A stretch of DNA of 64,000 bases from Phycisphaerales bacterium. Its GTDB lineage: Bacteria > Planctomycetota > Phycisphaerae > UBA1845 > PWPN01. Positions 37,597 to 46,725 of the stretch are shown here, in pieces (the stretch's first letter is position 1; each line of letters starts with the position of its first letter). Where the stretch lies: contig JAAYCU010000283.1 of NCBI GenBank assembly GCA_012729595.1, forward strand, positions 4 through 64,003. The letters are read 5' to 3'. The position numbers and the translations under genes were made by a program. The notes beneath the pieces were generated by a model, which saw only the letters and a list, made by a program, of their open reading frames with translations, made no database searches and had not been told where the DNA came from.

Positions 37597-38553
37597 ATGC
37601 TGATGATGCCTTTTCTGTCCAATATGGCCGATGTGGTCCACGCGAACGAGCCGCTGTCGCCGCACACGTATTTCGGTTTGGGGGGTGCGGCCCGCTGGTT
37701 TGCCCGACCGCAATCCATGGAGCAATTGCGGGAAATCCTCGGTCAGTGCCGCGACGAGAATATTCGCAGTTATGTACTGGGGCTGGGAGCCAATTTGCTG
37801 GTAGACGATGACGGGGTGGACGGCGTAGTGGTTCGACTGAACAGCCCGGCCTTTCGGCGGATGGAGTGGGAGCTGGAGGCGAATCCGCCACGGGTCACGG
37901 CGGCGGGTGGGGTAGATCTTAATCGCCTCATACTCGACGCGGTGCGCCAGGGGCTGGGCGGTCTGGAATGCATGGCCGGTATCCCCGGGACACTGGGCGG
38001 TGCAATCCGCATGAATGCCGGCGGGCGTTTCGGCCAGATCGCTGACGTGGTTCGCGAAATTGTCGTGGTCGATATCGACGGCCGGGAGCGTACGATGTCC
38101 GCCGCCGAGGTGGGCTTTAGGTATCGCGGCAGTAACTTGAACAATCTGCTGGTTTGCCAGGCGACGCTTGAGTTGCGTCCAGAAGATCCAGCGGAGCTGC
38201 GCCGTCGTTATATGGAAATCTGGGATTATAAGAAACGCACGCAACCGCTGGCTTATCCGAGTGCCGGTTGCGTGTTTCGCAATCCACCCGGCCACAGCGC
38301 CGGTCAGTTGATCGATCGTGCCGGGATGAAGGGGCGGACTATTGGTGGAGCCATGGTCGCCCTCGAGCATGCCAACTTCATCGTCGCCAAGGAAGGCGCC
38401 ACCGCCCGAGACGTACTGGCCCTGATCGCTCTGGTCCGCCGAGAGGTGGCCGAACGCTTCGGCGTTGAGTTGGAGCTTGAGCTGGAAATCTGGTCCTCGC
38501 GGCACGCGCGAAGTGAGGAACTGGTGGCCGGAGCGTCCGGCGGGGGTTTCTGA
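37597..38553 (+). CDS. murB: UDP-N-acetylenolpyruvoylglucosamine reductase
   Basis: PLSPHTYFGLGGAARWF and GSNLLV-like GANLLVDD, plus the AGCVFRNP region. The start is uncertain (37558, 37597 or 37624). Confidence 0.9.
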   Translation: MLMMPFLSNMADVVHANEPLSPHTYFGLGGAARWFARPQSMEQLREILGQCRDENIRSYVLGLGANLLVDDDGVDGVVVRLNSPAFRRMEWELEANPPRVTAAGGVDLNRLILDAVRQGLGGLECMAGIPGTLGGAIRMNAGGRFGQIADVVREIVVVDIDGRERTMSAAEVGFRYRGSNLNNLLVCQATLELRPEDPAELRRRYMEIWDYKKRTQPLAYPSAGCVFRNPPGHSAGQLIDRAGMKGRTIGGAMVALEHANFIVAKEGATARDVLALIALVRREVAERFGVELELELEIWSSRHARSEELVAGASGGGF

Positions 38554-38580
38554 CCGGCCAACCGAATACGGAGTATTGCG

Positions 38581-39540
38581 ATGACGCGTTTAGTAGACAA
38601 ACCGGCAGTTCTGGTGCCCGCACTGAAGACGGTCAAGCGTAAGCTGGCGATCACCGTCTTGATGGGCGGTCCTGGTAGCGAGCGGGAAGTCAGCTTGAAT
38701 AGTGGCCGACGGGTCACCGAAGCCCTGCGAGCGCTGGGGCATGACGTTTACAGCGCGGACATCCAGCCCGATGATCTATCCGCCCTCGAACGCCCGATGG
38801 ACATGGTATTTCTGGCCCTGCACGGGGAGTTCGGCGAAGATGGGCAGGTGCAACAGGTTCTCGAACAGCGCGGTATAAAGTACAGCGGATCGGGTCCGCG
38901 GGCATCGGCTTTGGCTATGGATAAGGTGGCCGCCAAGTGCCGTTTTATCGAGGCCCATGTTCCTACCCCGCGATTCGACGTGGTCAGCCCGCAGCGAGTG
39001 GACAAGGTACTGGAGCATTGGACCTGTCCGGTGGTGGTCAAGCCGTCCGCTCAGGGTAGTAGTGTCGATTGTCTTATCGTACGTCAGCCGGAAGAGTTGC
39101 GTGGCGTCCTGGAAGACATGACCCGGCGTTACGATCGTTGTTTATTGGAGGAGTTTATCCAGGGGCCGGAATTGACCGTGGGCATTCTCGGCGAGGCGGC
39201 CCTGCCTCCGATCCAGATCCAGACCCGCCGGGATTTCTACAACTACGAGGCCAAGTATCTTGACAACGATACGGAGTATCGGTTCGATATTGATTTGCCG
39301 GACGCCGTGCTAGCGCGCATCAGGGATATGAGCGTACAGGCCCATCTGGCCTTGGGATGCCGTGATTTCTCGCGGGTTGACTGGATGGTCGATTCTCGTA
39401 CTCTGGAACCCTACGTTCTGGAAATCAATACGATTCCCGGCCTGACCGATCATTCGTTGCTGCCGAAGGCGGCCCGGCAGGCGGGATTGAGTTTCGAGAT
39501 GCTCTGTCAACGGATTGTGGAATTAACCTGCCAGAGATAA
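38581..39540 (+). CDS. ddl: D-alanine:D-alanine ligase
   Basis: VLMGGPGSEREVSLNSG, HGEFGEDGQVQ, VVKPSAQGSSV and EINTIPG. Confidence 0.92.
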   Translation: MTRLVDKPAVLVPALKTVKRKLAITVLMGGPGSEREVSLNSGRRVTEALRALGHDVYSADIQPDDLSALERPMDMVFLALHGEFGEDGQVQQVLEQRGIKYSGSGPRASALAMDKVAAKCRFIEAHVPTPRFDVVSPQRVDKVLEHWTCPVVVKPSAQGSSVDCLIVRQPEELRGVLEDMTRRYDRCLLEEFIQGPELTVGILGEAALPPIQIQTRRDFYNYEAKYLDNDTEYRFDIDLPDAVLARIRDMSVQAHLALGCRDFSRVDWMVDSRTLEPYVLEINTIPGLTDHSLLPKAARQAGLSFEMLCQRIVELTCQR

Positions 39541-39595
39541 TGGCGGACAGGAAGCCGGGCCGGTCGTACAGGTCGGTTCCGATGGGAGCAGGTGA

Positions 39596-40543
39596 GTGAG
39601 TCGAAGACGGCGCAAGAAAAAAGCGATTCCCGATCAGGGAAGCGGTAGTCCGGACGAGAGTGGTTGCGGACTAGTAGATTGGAGAACGACGGCCTCGGCC
39701 CTGGGCGTGTTGGTTTTGGTAACCGGCGCGGTCATGGGTTTAGAGCGTTTGCGCCAATATGTGTTGACCCGTCCGGATTTCGATCCGCCGGTGAAGCTGG
39801 ATCTGGTCTGCCAACCCGGGAATCAGTGGATCGATGATGAGGGTTGGCGGCCGCGGATTCTGTCGGCCATCGAAATGCCCAAATCGGCCCAATGGCGCGA
39901 TGCCGATCTGCTCGCGGAGGTGGCGAGGCGCATGGAGGCCACTGGTTGGGTAGCCCAGGTTCGTCAGGTAACCAAGGAAATGAATGGAGTGGTGCGTGTA
40001 GATTGCGATTATCGCCGTCCGATAGCGATGATCTATACTCGCCAAGGGTTGAGTAACAGTAGCTGGAGCGAAGGTTTTATCCCGATCGATGCCGATGGGG
40101 TCAGGCTGCCGGAGGAATACGGTAGCGTAGGGTCCGAGGCTGGTTGGATTCGTATATTTGGGGTGCGTACCGCGCCTCCGCCGGTAGGCCGATCCTATGA
40201 TCGCCAGACCGATGCGGAAGCCGCCGTGCGTCTGGCCCGGCTTATATTCCAGCAGCCTTTTGCCGTGCAGATCAGTGCCATCGACATGGCCAATTATCGT
40301 GGTCGCCGGGACCGAAACCAGGAGCATATCGTCCTGCGCACCAGGCGCGGCGGTGAGATCATCTGGGGTTCGGCCATCGGCGAGGAATGCGAGGAGCTCG
40401 ACCCGGCCGCCAAGATTCGGAACATCGCCCTGTTTCTCGATCGTGGCGATCCTCAAGCCCAGGTAATAGTCCATCTCGACCGCAATGGGTGGCGGGAGAT
40501 CCAGCGGCCGGTGGTTCAGACCGCCGACAGCCGTTCCTCTTGA
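39596..40543 (+). CDS. ftsQ: FtsQ-like bitopic division protein (POTRA-like region)
   Basis: Basic N-terminus, a single TM (LGVLVLVTGAVMGL), and a periplasmic region with POTRA-like alternation. Positioned after ddl. The assignment rests largely on architecture and synteny. Confidence 0.6.
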   Translation: MSRRRRKKKAIPDQGSGSPDESGCGLVDWRTTASALGVLVLVTGAVMGLERLRQYVLTRPDFDPPVKLDLVCQPGNQWIDDEGWRPRILSAIEMPKSAQWRDADLLAEVARRMEATGWVAQVRQVTKEMNGVVRVDCDYRRPIAMIYTRQGLSNSSWSEGFIPIDADGVRLPEEYGSVGSEAGWIRIFGVRTAPPPVGRSYDRQTDAEAAVRLARLIFQQPFAVQISAIDMANYRGRRDRNQEHIVLRTRRGGEIIWGSAIGEECEELDPAAKIRNIALFLDRGDPQAQVIVHLDRNGWREIQRPVVQTADSRSS

Positions 40544-40596
40544 TGGCTTTCGGCGCGGCGGGTTCGCTCGCAGCGCAGAGGTGCGCCGTGGTCGGC

Positions 40597-41418
40597 ATGC
40601 AAGAACTAATCACAGCTCTTTCAGATGTCCTGGCTTTAATGCGTCATCATTTGCCCTGGGATCGGCTGCCCGACCCGAGCGTGCTGGCGGCGATCTTCGC
40701 GCTGGCCGGGGTTGTGTTGTGTTTCTGGGGCGCGCGCCTGCTCCGGGCGTTATTCGTCCTGGGTTTTCTGGCCGGGGGTATTTCCTTAGGGATTCGAGTG
40801 GCGCGGACTATTCCGGTGGATGATCTGGTCGGTCTGGTCGTCGGAGGGGCCATCGCGGCGATCATAGGTCATCTGCTGTATCGCTGGTGGGTAGGGTTGT
40901 TGACCGGGCTCTGTGCGGTAGTCCTGGTACTGCTCATTGGCGGGCCGAGGGTGCTTCCCCAGGTAATCAAGGACTTTCAGGACCAGCATTACGGCAGCGA
41001 GGGCGCAGTTTACGTGCTTGCCGATCCATCGTCCGCGGGTGAAGGCCCGGCCATGGAAGAGTCTGAGTATTATTGGATCCAAGTAAAGGATTATTTCTGG
41101 AACCAGCAGCGGCCGTTCACGACGCGTATCGGCCTGGCTTTAGCCCTGGCCGGGGTGCTGGGTGTTATTGTCGGCGTGATGCTGACCCGGACGGCCGCCA
41201 TCGTTGGTACCTCCCTGTTCGGAGTGTTGGCCGTCGGTTTGGCGGGCGGTTCGTTGATATCCATGCAGTGGCCGGCTTTGTGGACGCAGATGCAAGCCCA
41301 GCCGGGCTGGCTTCTGGGGGGGCTGGGGCTATTGCTGATTATTTCTTTGTCCATGCAGGCCCGGGGTGGTCGGCCTGTCCAGATGGCCGCGATGGGACCG
41401 GCTCATCCGAACCAATAA
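40597..41418 (+). CDS. Polytopic membrane protein (DUF4203/TMEM198-like pattern), paralogue 1
   Basis: About six TM segments. LAGVVLCFWGARLLRALFVLGFLAGG. An acidic soluble loop (ADPSSAGEGPAMEESEYYW). The ATG at 40597 comes after the ftsQ stop, and the ORF-track start at 40387 overlaps ftsQ. Confidence 0.6.
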   Translation: MQELITALSDVLALMRHHLPWDRLPDPSVLAAIFALAGVVLCFWGARLLRALFVLGFLAGGISLGIRVARTIPVDDLVGLVVGGAIAAIIGHLLYRWWVGLLTGLCAVVLVLLIGGPRVLPQVIKDFQDQHYGSEGAVYVLADPSSAGEGPAMEESEYYWIQVKDYFWNQQRPFTTRIGLALALAGVLGVIVGVMLTRTAAIVGTSLFGVLAVGLAGGSLISMQWPALWTQMQAQPGWLLGGLGLLLIISLSMQARGGRPVQMAAMGPAHPNQ

Positions 41419-41451
41419 CCGGTCGTTCTAACGGTTAAGCGAACGGACGGT

Positions 41452-42084
41452 TTGCGGATATCAATTATTATGATCAATTGGTCGGCCTTATTGATGGATT
41501 TGTCGCGACAGGAATTCATCCTGGGAATGTTTTTTCTGTCGGCCGGCCTGGTATTTTTGCTCTGGGGGTTGCGGGTTTATAGTATCTTGGTGGTGGTCAG
41601 CCTGGTAGCCATCAATACTATCGTATGTATTTATTTGCCGTTGTTAATGCACTATCGCATATTGCTGGCAGGGTTAATCGGTCTGATTCTTTTATTCTTT
41701 GGATGGCGCTTAACCAAGATCTATGTCGGCCTGTTGGTCTCAGCCTGGGCCGCTGTCATCCCCTTTACGGTACTCGATACATACGGCGTTCGCCCGGAGA
41801 TCAGCCTGACCATCGCTCTGTTTTTCGTCGCGGCCGTCATTTCCATGGTATTCATTCTGTTCGAGCAGGCTATTGCCTTGGTCACCAGTTTCGAGGGGGC
41901 CCTGCTTTGTCTGGCGGGGATGGTCAATCTTGCCGGGCAAAGCCCTCGCGTCTGGGATTTTCTGCAACCTATGCTTTTGGGAAATGCATTCTTCACGCCA
42001 TTTCTGGTGGTGGCCATCACCTTCTCCGGTTTTTATTTCCAGATGGCCGAATACACCCGCCAGAAAACCGGCATGAGCGGCTGA
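41452..42084 (+). CDS. Polytopic membrane protein (DUF4203-like pattern), paralogue 2
   Basis: About six TM segments. SAGLVFLLWGLRVYSILVVVSLVA parallels the motif in the preceding gene. Visibly AT-richer than its neighbours. Confidence 0.6.
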   Translation: MRISIIMINWSALLMDLSRQEFILGMFFLSAGLVFLLWGLRVYSILVVVSLVAINTIVCIYLPLLMHYRILLAGLIGLILLFFGWRLTKIYVGLLVSAWAAVIPFTVLDTYGVRPEISLTIALFFVAAVISMVFILFEQAIALVTSFEGALLCLAGMVNLAGQSPRVWDFLQPMLLGNAFFTPFLVVAITFSGFYFQMAEYTRQKTGMSG

Positions 42085-42373
42085 CGGGCCGAACGTGCCA
42101 AACGGACCTGGCGCCGACGCATATCCACACTAAATCAGTCAAGCGGTGACGCCCCTTGTTCACTTACTCTCCGGACTGTCGGGCGGGCGAGGCAGGGGGA
42201 TCGTAACGCTCCGATTCATGGCCGGGATGGGTAGAGTGAGGGTGTCGTGGGTTCGCGTCCCGGCGTGCAGGTCGTGGGTAAATACGCCGGCCATGGCGTG
42301 CAACGGAGCGGCCGACCTTCGTCGGCGAGAACGGGAACCGCACCCTCCGACGGATTGAGCGTTAGCACGCTGC

Positions 42374-44107
42374 TCATGATTCGGGAAACACCATATCGAG
42401 AATCTGTAATTCAACGGTCGTCCGGCCGTTGTAGGTATTGAGCGTCGGGACATAAGCCAGGCGGCAGCGCCGATGGTCCATGAGCGGTTGATAGCCGTCC
42501 TTGCCCTTGAAGGCGACGGCCCGCAACCGGTTCTGCCCGTCGGTGACGTTGAAGGACATGTGCTCGCCCAGTCGACCCATCAGTCGCGGCTCACCTTCCA
42601 GGGCCAACAGACCGCTGGCAAAACACGGTTTGGGATTGCTCGCGCCGAACGGTCCCAGTTGCTCGATCTGGCGGATCAGCGGTTCACTGAGCAGGCCGAG
42701 GGGAATCTCGGCATCGAGCCGCAGAGTAGGTTGAAGATCTTTACCGGTCAGGGTCTGGTTGGCCTGAGCGATAAAGGCCTGGCGAAAGGCTTCGACCTGC
42801 TCCGCCCGAATCCGCAGACCGGCGGCCATCGCATGCCCGCCATAGGTCAGCAGATGTTCGGAACAGGCGGCCAGGGCTTTATGCAGCTCGAAATGGCGGA
42901 CGCTGCGCCCAGAGCCCTGCCCCTCGCCGTTGTTGAGGGCGATCATGATCGTCGGGCGGCAGTAGCGGTCCACGATTCGCGAGGCGACGATGCCGATAAC
43001 GCCGGCATGCCAGTCGGCGTCGGCCAGCACGATGCCCCGGGCCGCGTCGGAAGCCAGGTTTCCCGAGTCGATCCGCTCGCACGCTTCCTTGAAGATCTGT
43101 TTTTCGATCTTCTGGCGGCGGCGGTTCTGGTCCTCGAGGTAAAGGGCGATTTCGCGGGCCCGGTTTTCGTCAGCGCTGGTGAACAGCTCGACGGCCAGTT
43201 CGGCGTGGCCCATGCGCCCGGCGGCGTTCAGCCGGGGAGCGAGCCAGAATCCGGCGTGCTCGCTGTTCAGTCGGCAGTCGGTCAGCCGGGCCGATTCGAG
43301 CAACGCCCGCAGGCCCACAAGTTTGGACTCGGATAAACCGTGCAGGCCGAACCGGGCGAGGATGCGGTTCTCGCCGATCAGGGGTGACACATCGGCGATG
43401 GTGCCCAGGGCGGCCAGGCCGGTGGCGGAGATTAGAAATTCCCGAAACTCCGGGGTCACTCGCTCGGAGTTGGAAAGTTGCTGAGCGACGGCCCAGGCGA
43501 GCTTGAAAGCGACGCCGGCCCCGCAAAGGGCGGGGTTGGGGTAATCTTCCAGAGCGGGGTGAACGACGGCCTCGGCGCAGGGTAACTCGTCGCCGGGGGC
43601 GTGGTGATCGGTAACAATCAAGGTCAGGCCAAGCTCGCGGGCCAACCGGGCTTCCGCGCACGCCGTCGCTCCGCAATCGACGGTAACGACCGTATCGACG
43701 CCGCTCGCCCGCAGTTGCCGCAGGGCGTCGGCGTTCAGGCCGTAACCTTCCTCCAGCCGATGAGGGATATAATAGGACACCTGGGCCTTGGCTAATTTGA
43801 GCAGTTGCCAGAGGATGGCGGTCGCGGTGATGCCGTCAACGTCGTAGTCGCCGTAGATGGCGATGGTTTTCTTCTGGCGGACCTTCTCGGCGAGCAGGGC
43901 GGCGGCCTCGGCGATACCGGCAAGCTGCTCGGGCGGATGGAGCCTGATTAATTCGGGGTTGAGGAAGTCCCGGGCGGCGGAAGTATCGGTGACTCCGCGA
44001 TTATGCAGAATCTGGGCGATCAGGGGATGGACGTTGAGTCGGCGGGCGAACTCCGCGCATCCTTGCATCAGCGGGGCGAGCATCCATTGCCGGGCCATCG
44101 TAGCCAA
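42374..44107 (-). CDS. recJ: Single-stranded-DNA-specific exonuclease RecJ
   Basis: DHH family motifs GDYDVDGITA, VTDHH and GGHAMAAG. Length 577 aa. Confidence 0.92.
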   Translation of the reverse strand: MATMARQWMLAPLMQGCAEFARRLNVHPLIAQILHNRGVTDTSAARDFLNPELIRLHPPEQLAGIAEAAALLAEKVRQKKTIAIYGDYDVDGITATAILWQLLKLAKAQVSYYIPHRLEEGYGLNADALRQLRASGVDTVVTVDCGATACAEARLARELGLTLIVTDHHAPGDELPCAEAVVHPALEDYPNPALCGAGVAFKLAWAVAQQLSNSERVTPEFREFLISATGLAALGTIADVSPLIGENRILARFGLHGLSESKLVGLRALLESARLTDCRLNSEHAGFWLAPRLNAAGRMGHAELAVELFTSADENRAREIALYLEDQNRRRQKIEKQIFKEACERIDSGNLASDAARGIVLADADWHAGVIGIVASRIVDRYCRPTIMIALNNGEGQGSGRSVRHFELHKALAACSEHLLTYGGHAMAAGLRIRAEQVEAFRQAFIAQANQTLTGKDLQPTLRLDAEIPLGLLSEPLIRQIEQLGPFGASNPKPCFASGLLALEGEPRLMGRLGEHMSFNVTDGQNRLRAVAFKGKDGYQPLMDHRRCRLAYVPTLNTYNGRTTVELQILDMVFPES

Positions 44108-44340
44108 GCCCTCCCTTTACGTTCCTGGGCCGGGAACCAGTATAGACCGCCCGATTTTCAAATACAACCGGCCGGGCGGCCGGTTTCCATGTCGGTACGG
44201 GCACGGCTGACAAGCACGGGTAGACCCTGGTCCCGCCAAGGCGTGACCAGGGCCTGTCCATGCCCCCTGCTACGACAGTTCGGATGTATCCGCCATTGAC
44301 CGGGCGGGGCAATTCATTAACCTGTTGTCGCGGCTGGTAG

Positions 44341-46047
44341 TTGCCGGGTTTCATGACAGATCAGGGGGAAAACGCCAATAGGTCGGCGGGCTTCGGGAGT
44401 TATTTAGTGAAGATGACACGCATATCGGTGGTTTTGAGCTTTGCTTTCGTGGTCATGTTGTTGACCGTGGGGCCGGTGATGGGGGCCTGGCCTCAAGAGC
44501 AGGGTTTGCCTTATTTTGTGCATGTTTCGGCAGGGCTGTGTTTATTCTGGACCCTGGTTAGACTTTCCATCGAACGTGGTTGTCCGGCTTTCAGCGCCGG
44601 CCAAACGGGTCGGGATTTGGTGGCCGTTCTGCGACTTGCGGTTTTGCTGACCGGTTGGTTGGCAATCATCGGTATGACTCTGGCCGCTTCGATCGAAATA
44701 TTTTTCCGTATCGCCGCATTTCGATACCCGATAAGCTGGCGACTGGAAATCTGGCCCTCGGGCCTGGTGGATATCGCTTTGCTGGTGGGGGCCTTGCTGC
44801 TTCGCTGGTGGAGCAGTGGTCGGCCTGCCCTCTTGACCAGTATTTACGGTTTACTGGTATTTGGCGGGTTGTGGTGTGCTCTGCTGATTCCGGCATTACG
44901 CCGCCCGGTAGCGGTGGAGGGTGTGGTTGGGCTGGCCGAGGAAACCGCATGGGCGAGCGTGTTTATTCTCGGGGCCGGCCTGGTGACGGCGTTGTTCTGC
45001 TGGGCGGCGGGCTGGGCCCATCATCGGCGGCGGGTTCGGGCCTGGCCCAATGAATTATGGCGACTGGCGGAGGCGGCGACGGAGTGGCCCGGCTTCCGGT
45101 TCAGCGTGGGTACCGTCGCCATGCTGGTGTTGCTCGTGGGTTGTGTATTCGTGAGTCGGCCTCTGACCGGTGTCGGCGCGTTTCTTACCGGCGGGTCGCT
45201 ACTGGTACTGGCTCATCGACGCTGGCAGGAAAGTCTGGCCGACGCCGGTTGTGCGCTTATGACGCTTGGAGTAGTGGCGGGTTGCATGTTTGCTCAGCCG
45301 CTATCGAATACTCCGGAGGCGATGTTTGCGGAGATATTTAACCGGGCTATCCTGGGATTGGCGATAATGACGGCTTTCTGGCACTGGCTAGGCGGGGTCT
45401 GGGAACAGCAGTTGGATTCCGGCCAGGCTTGGACGACGGCCGGTCGTTTGATTCGGGTGTGTCGGCGGGTGGGGTTTCTGGTCGGGGCGATAGGGGTGCT
45501 GGTTGGGGCATGTCTGGCGTTCTGGCCTTTGCGACAATACGTCACCGATCTTGACGATGCGAAGCGGCGATGGGTCTGGGGACTTTTCGCCTATGGGTTG
45601 TTGATTCTGTCGCTCTTATTCTCTGCTCGGCGGACCGGTAAGCCGACGCTGGGCTGGCTGTTGCTGCTGGCCGTCGGTTGTATGGTTGGGTTCATACTGG
45701 TCCGCTCTCCGCATGTTCCGCTTACCGAGTGGGTTGTCGGCCGCTGGCCGTTGGTGCTGGCCGGTGCGGCATTGGTTTTATTGGTGGCGGCGTTCGGTGT
45801 ACAGCGGCGGCCGAGCTGGGAGGCGCTGTTTGAGGCTTGTTATTTGACCGGGTTGGTTTTGGCTCCGCTGGTGGCGGCCCTGGGTGTCATGTTGCATATG
45901 CCGCAATGGTTTCCTTACTGGCTTCCCTCCATGACGTTCGCTCTGCTGGCCGGTCTCTACCTGCTGGCGGCGGTGTTATTTAAGCCGCGGGTTATCGCGG
46001 TCATGTCCATCCTCTGCGTGGCTGTCGGTTGGTGGCATCGCTGGTAA
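44341..46047 (+). CDS. Hypothetical large polytopic membrane protein
   Basis: 568 aa with at least 12 hydrophobic segments. Rich in W, L and G. No family recognised. Confidence 0.6.
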   Translation: MPGFMTDQGENANRSAGFGSYLVKMTRISVVLSFAFVVMLLTVGPVMGAWPQEQGLPYFVHVSAGLCLFWTLVRLSIERGCPAFSAGQTGRDLVAVLRLAVLLTGWLAIIGMTLAASIEIFFRIAAFRYPISWRLEIWPSGLVDIALLVGALLLRWWSSGRPALLTSIYGLLVFGGLWCALLIPALRRPVAVEGVVGLAEETAWASVFILGAGLVTALFCWAAGWAHHRRRVRAWPNELWRLAEAATEWPGFRFSVGTVAMLVLLVGCVFVSRPLTGVGAFLTGGSLLVLAHRRWQESLADAGCALMTLGVVAGCMFAQPLSNTPEAMFAEIFNRAILGLAIMTAFWHWLGGVWEQQLDSGQAWTTAGRLIRVCRRVGFLVGAIGVLVGACLAFWPLRQYVTDLDDAKRRWVWGLFAYGLLILSLLFSARRTGKPTLGWLLLLAVGCMVGFILVRSPHVPLTEWVVGRWPLVLAGAALVLLVAAFGVQRRPSWEALFEACYLTGLVLAPLVAALGVMLHMPQWFPYWLPSMTFALLAGLYLLAAVLFKPRVIAVMSILCVAVGWWHRW

Positions 46048-46171
46048 ATTCGGTTCCTGCTCATATTCAGGGTGGCTGCGACGGGGCATTGCCACGATTT
46101 TATCCGGGACACGTATACCGGAAGCAGGGCTGAGTAGGTTTCGCCATCGCTCGAGACATGAAGTCGAGGAA

Positions 46172-46714
46172 TTATTCGCCGAAAACCTCGGCGGTGAACA
46201 GATAAACCTCGGTATCCGGGTCTTTCCAGGCGTCGGGATTCATCCCGGCCTTGCCTGCGCAGCAGTGAGTGAGAAACTCTTCCTTGCTCCAGCCGGTTTC
46301 GTCGGCCACTTGTGGTAGAAAACAGCCGGCCGAAGCCCCTCGACGGATGTAGATGCCGTGCTTGCCCAGCTCCAGCGATAGCGGATCATCGGTTCGCCGC
46401 ATGGGCGAGAGGATGGAGATTTCGAGATCAAGGTGGTCCAGTTCTTCGGCGGTGACCGGATTTCTCCGGAATCGCGGGTCACACAAGGCGGAAAGGGCCA
46501 TCTGCTGGACGGTCTCGGCCAGGCCGGTATCGGGGAGAAACTGCCCGATGCATCCGCGCAGCTCGCCGGCGTTTTTCAGGGTAACGAATACCCCGCCAAC
46601 TGTGCTCGCATAGTCCGCTTCCTGTGGGATCGGAGGTAGAGGCGCATTTGTTAAACGTGCCCGAAGCGTCTCCCGAGCTAATCGCAATAGCGTTTCCTGC
46701 TGCTTCCGATCCAT
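46172..46714 (-). CDS. AMMECR1 domain protein
   Basis: GVFVTLKNAGELRGCIG and LEISILSP. Length 180 aa. Confidence 0.85.
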   Translation of the reverse strand: MDRKQQETLLRLARETLRARLTNAPLPPIPQEADYASTVGGVFVTLKNAGELRGCIGQFLPDTGLAETVQQMALSALCDPRFRRNPVTAEELDHLDLEISILSPMRRTDDPLSLELGKHGIYIRRGASAGCFLPQVADETGWSKEEFLTHCCAGKAGMNPDAWKDPDTEVYLFTAEVFGE

Positions 46715-46725
46715 GACCGTTCATC

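Noticed and set aside
42246-42263. tRNA T-arm-like sequence GTGGGTTCGCGTCCCGG
   Set aside because: The loop lacks the conserved A58, and the stem has only 3-4 good pairs. No complementary acceptor 5' strand or D/anticodon arms exist in the preceding ~50 nt on either strand.
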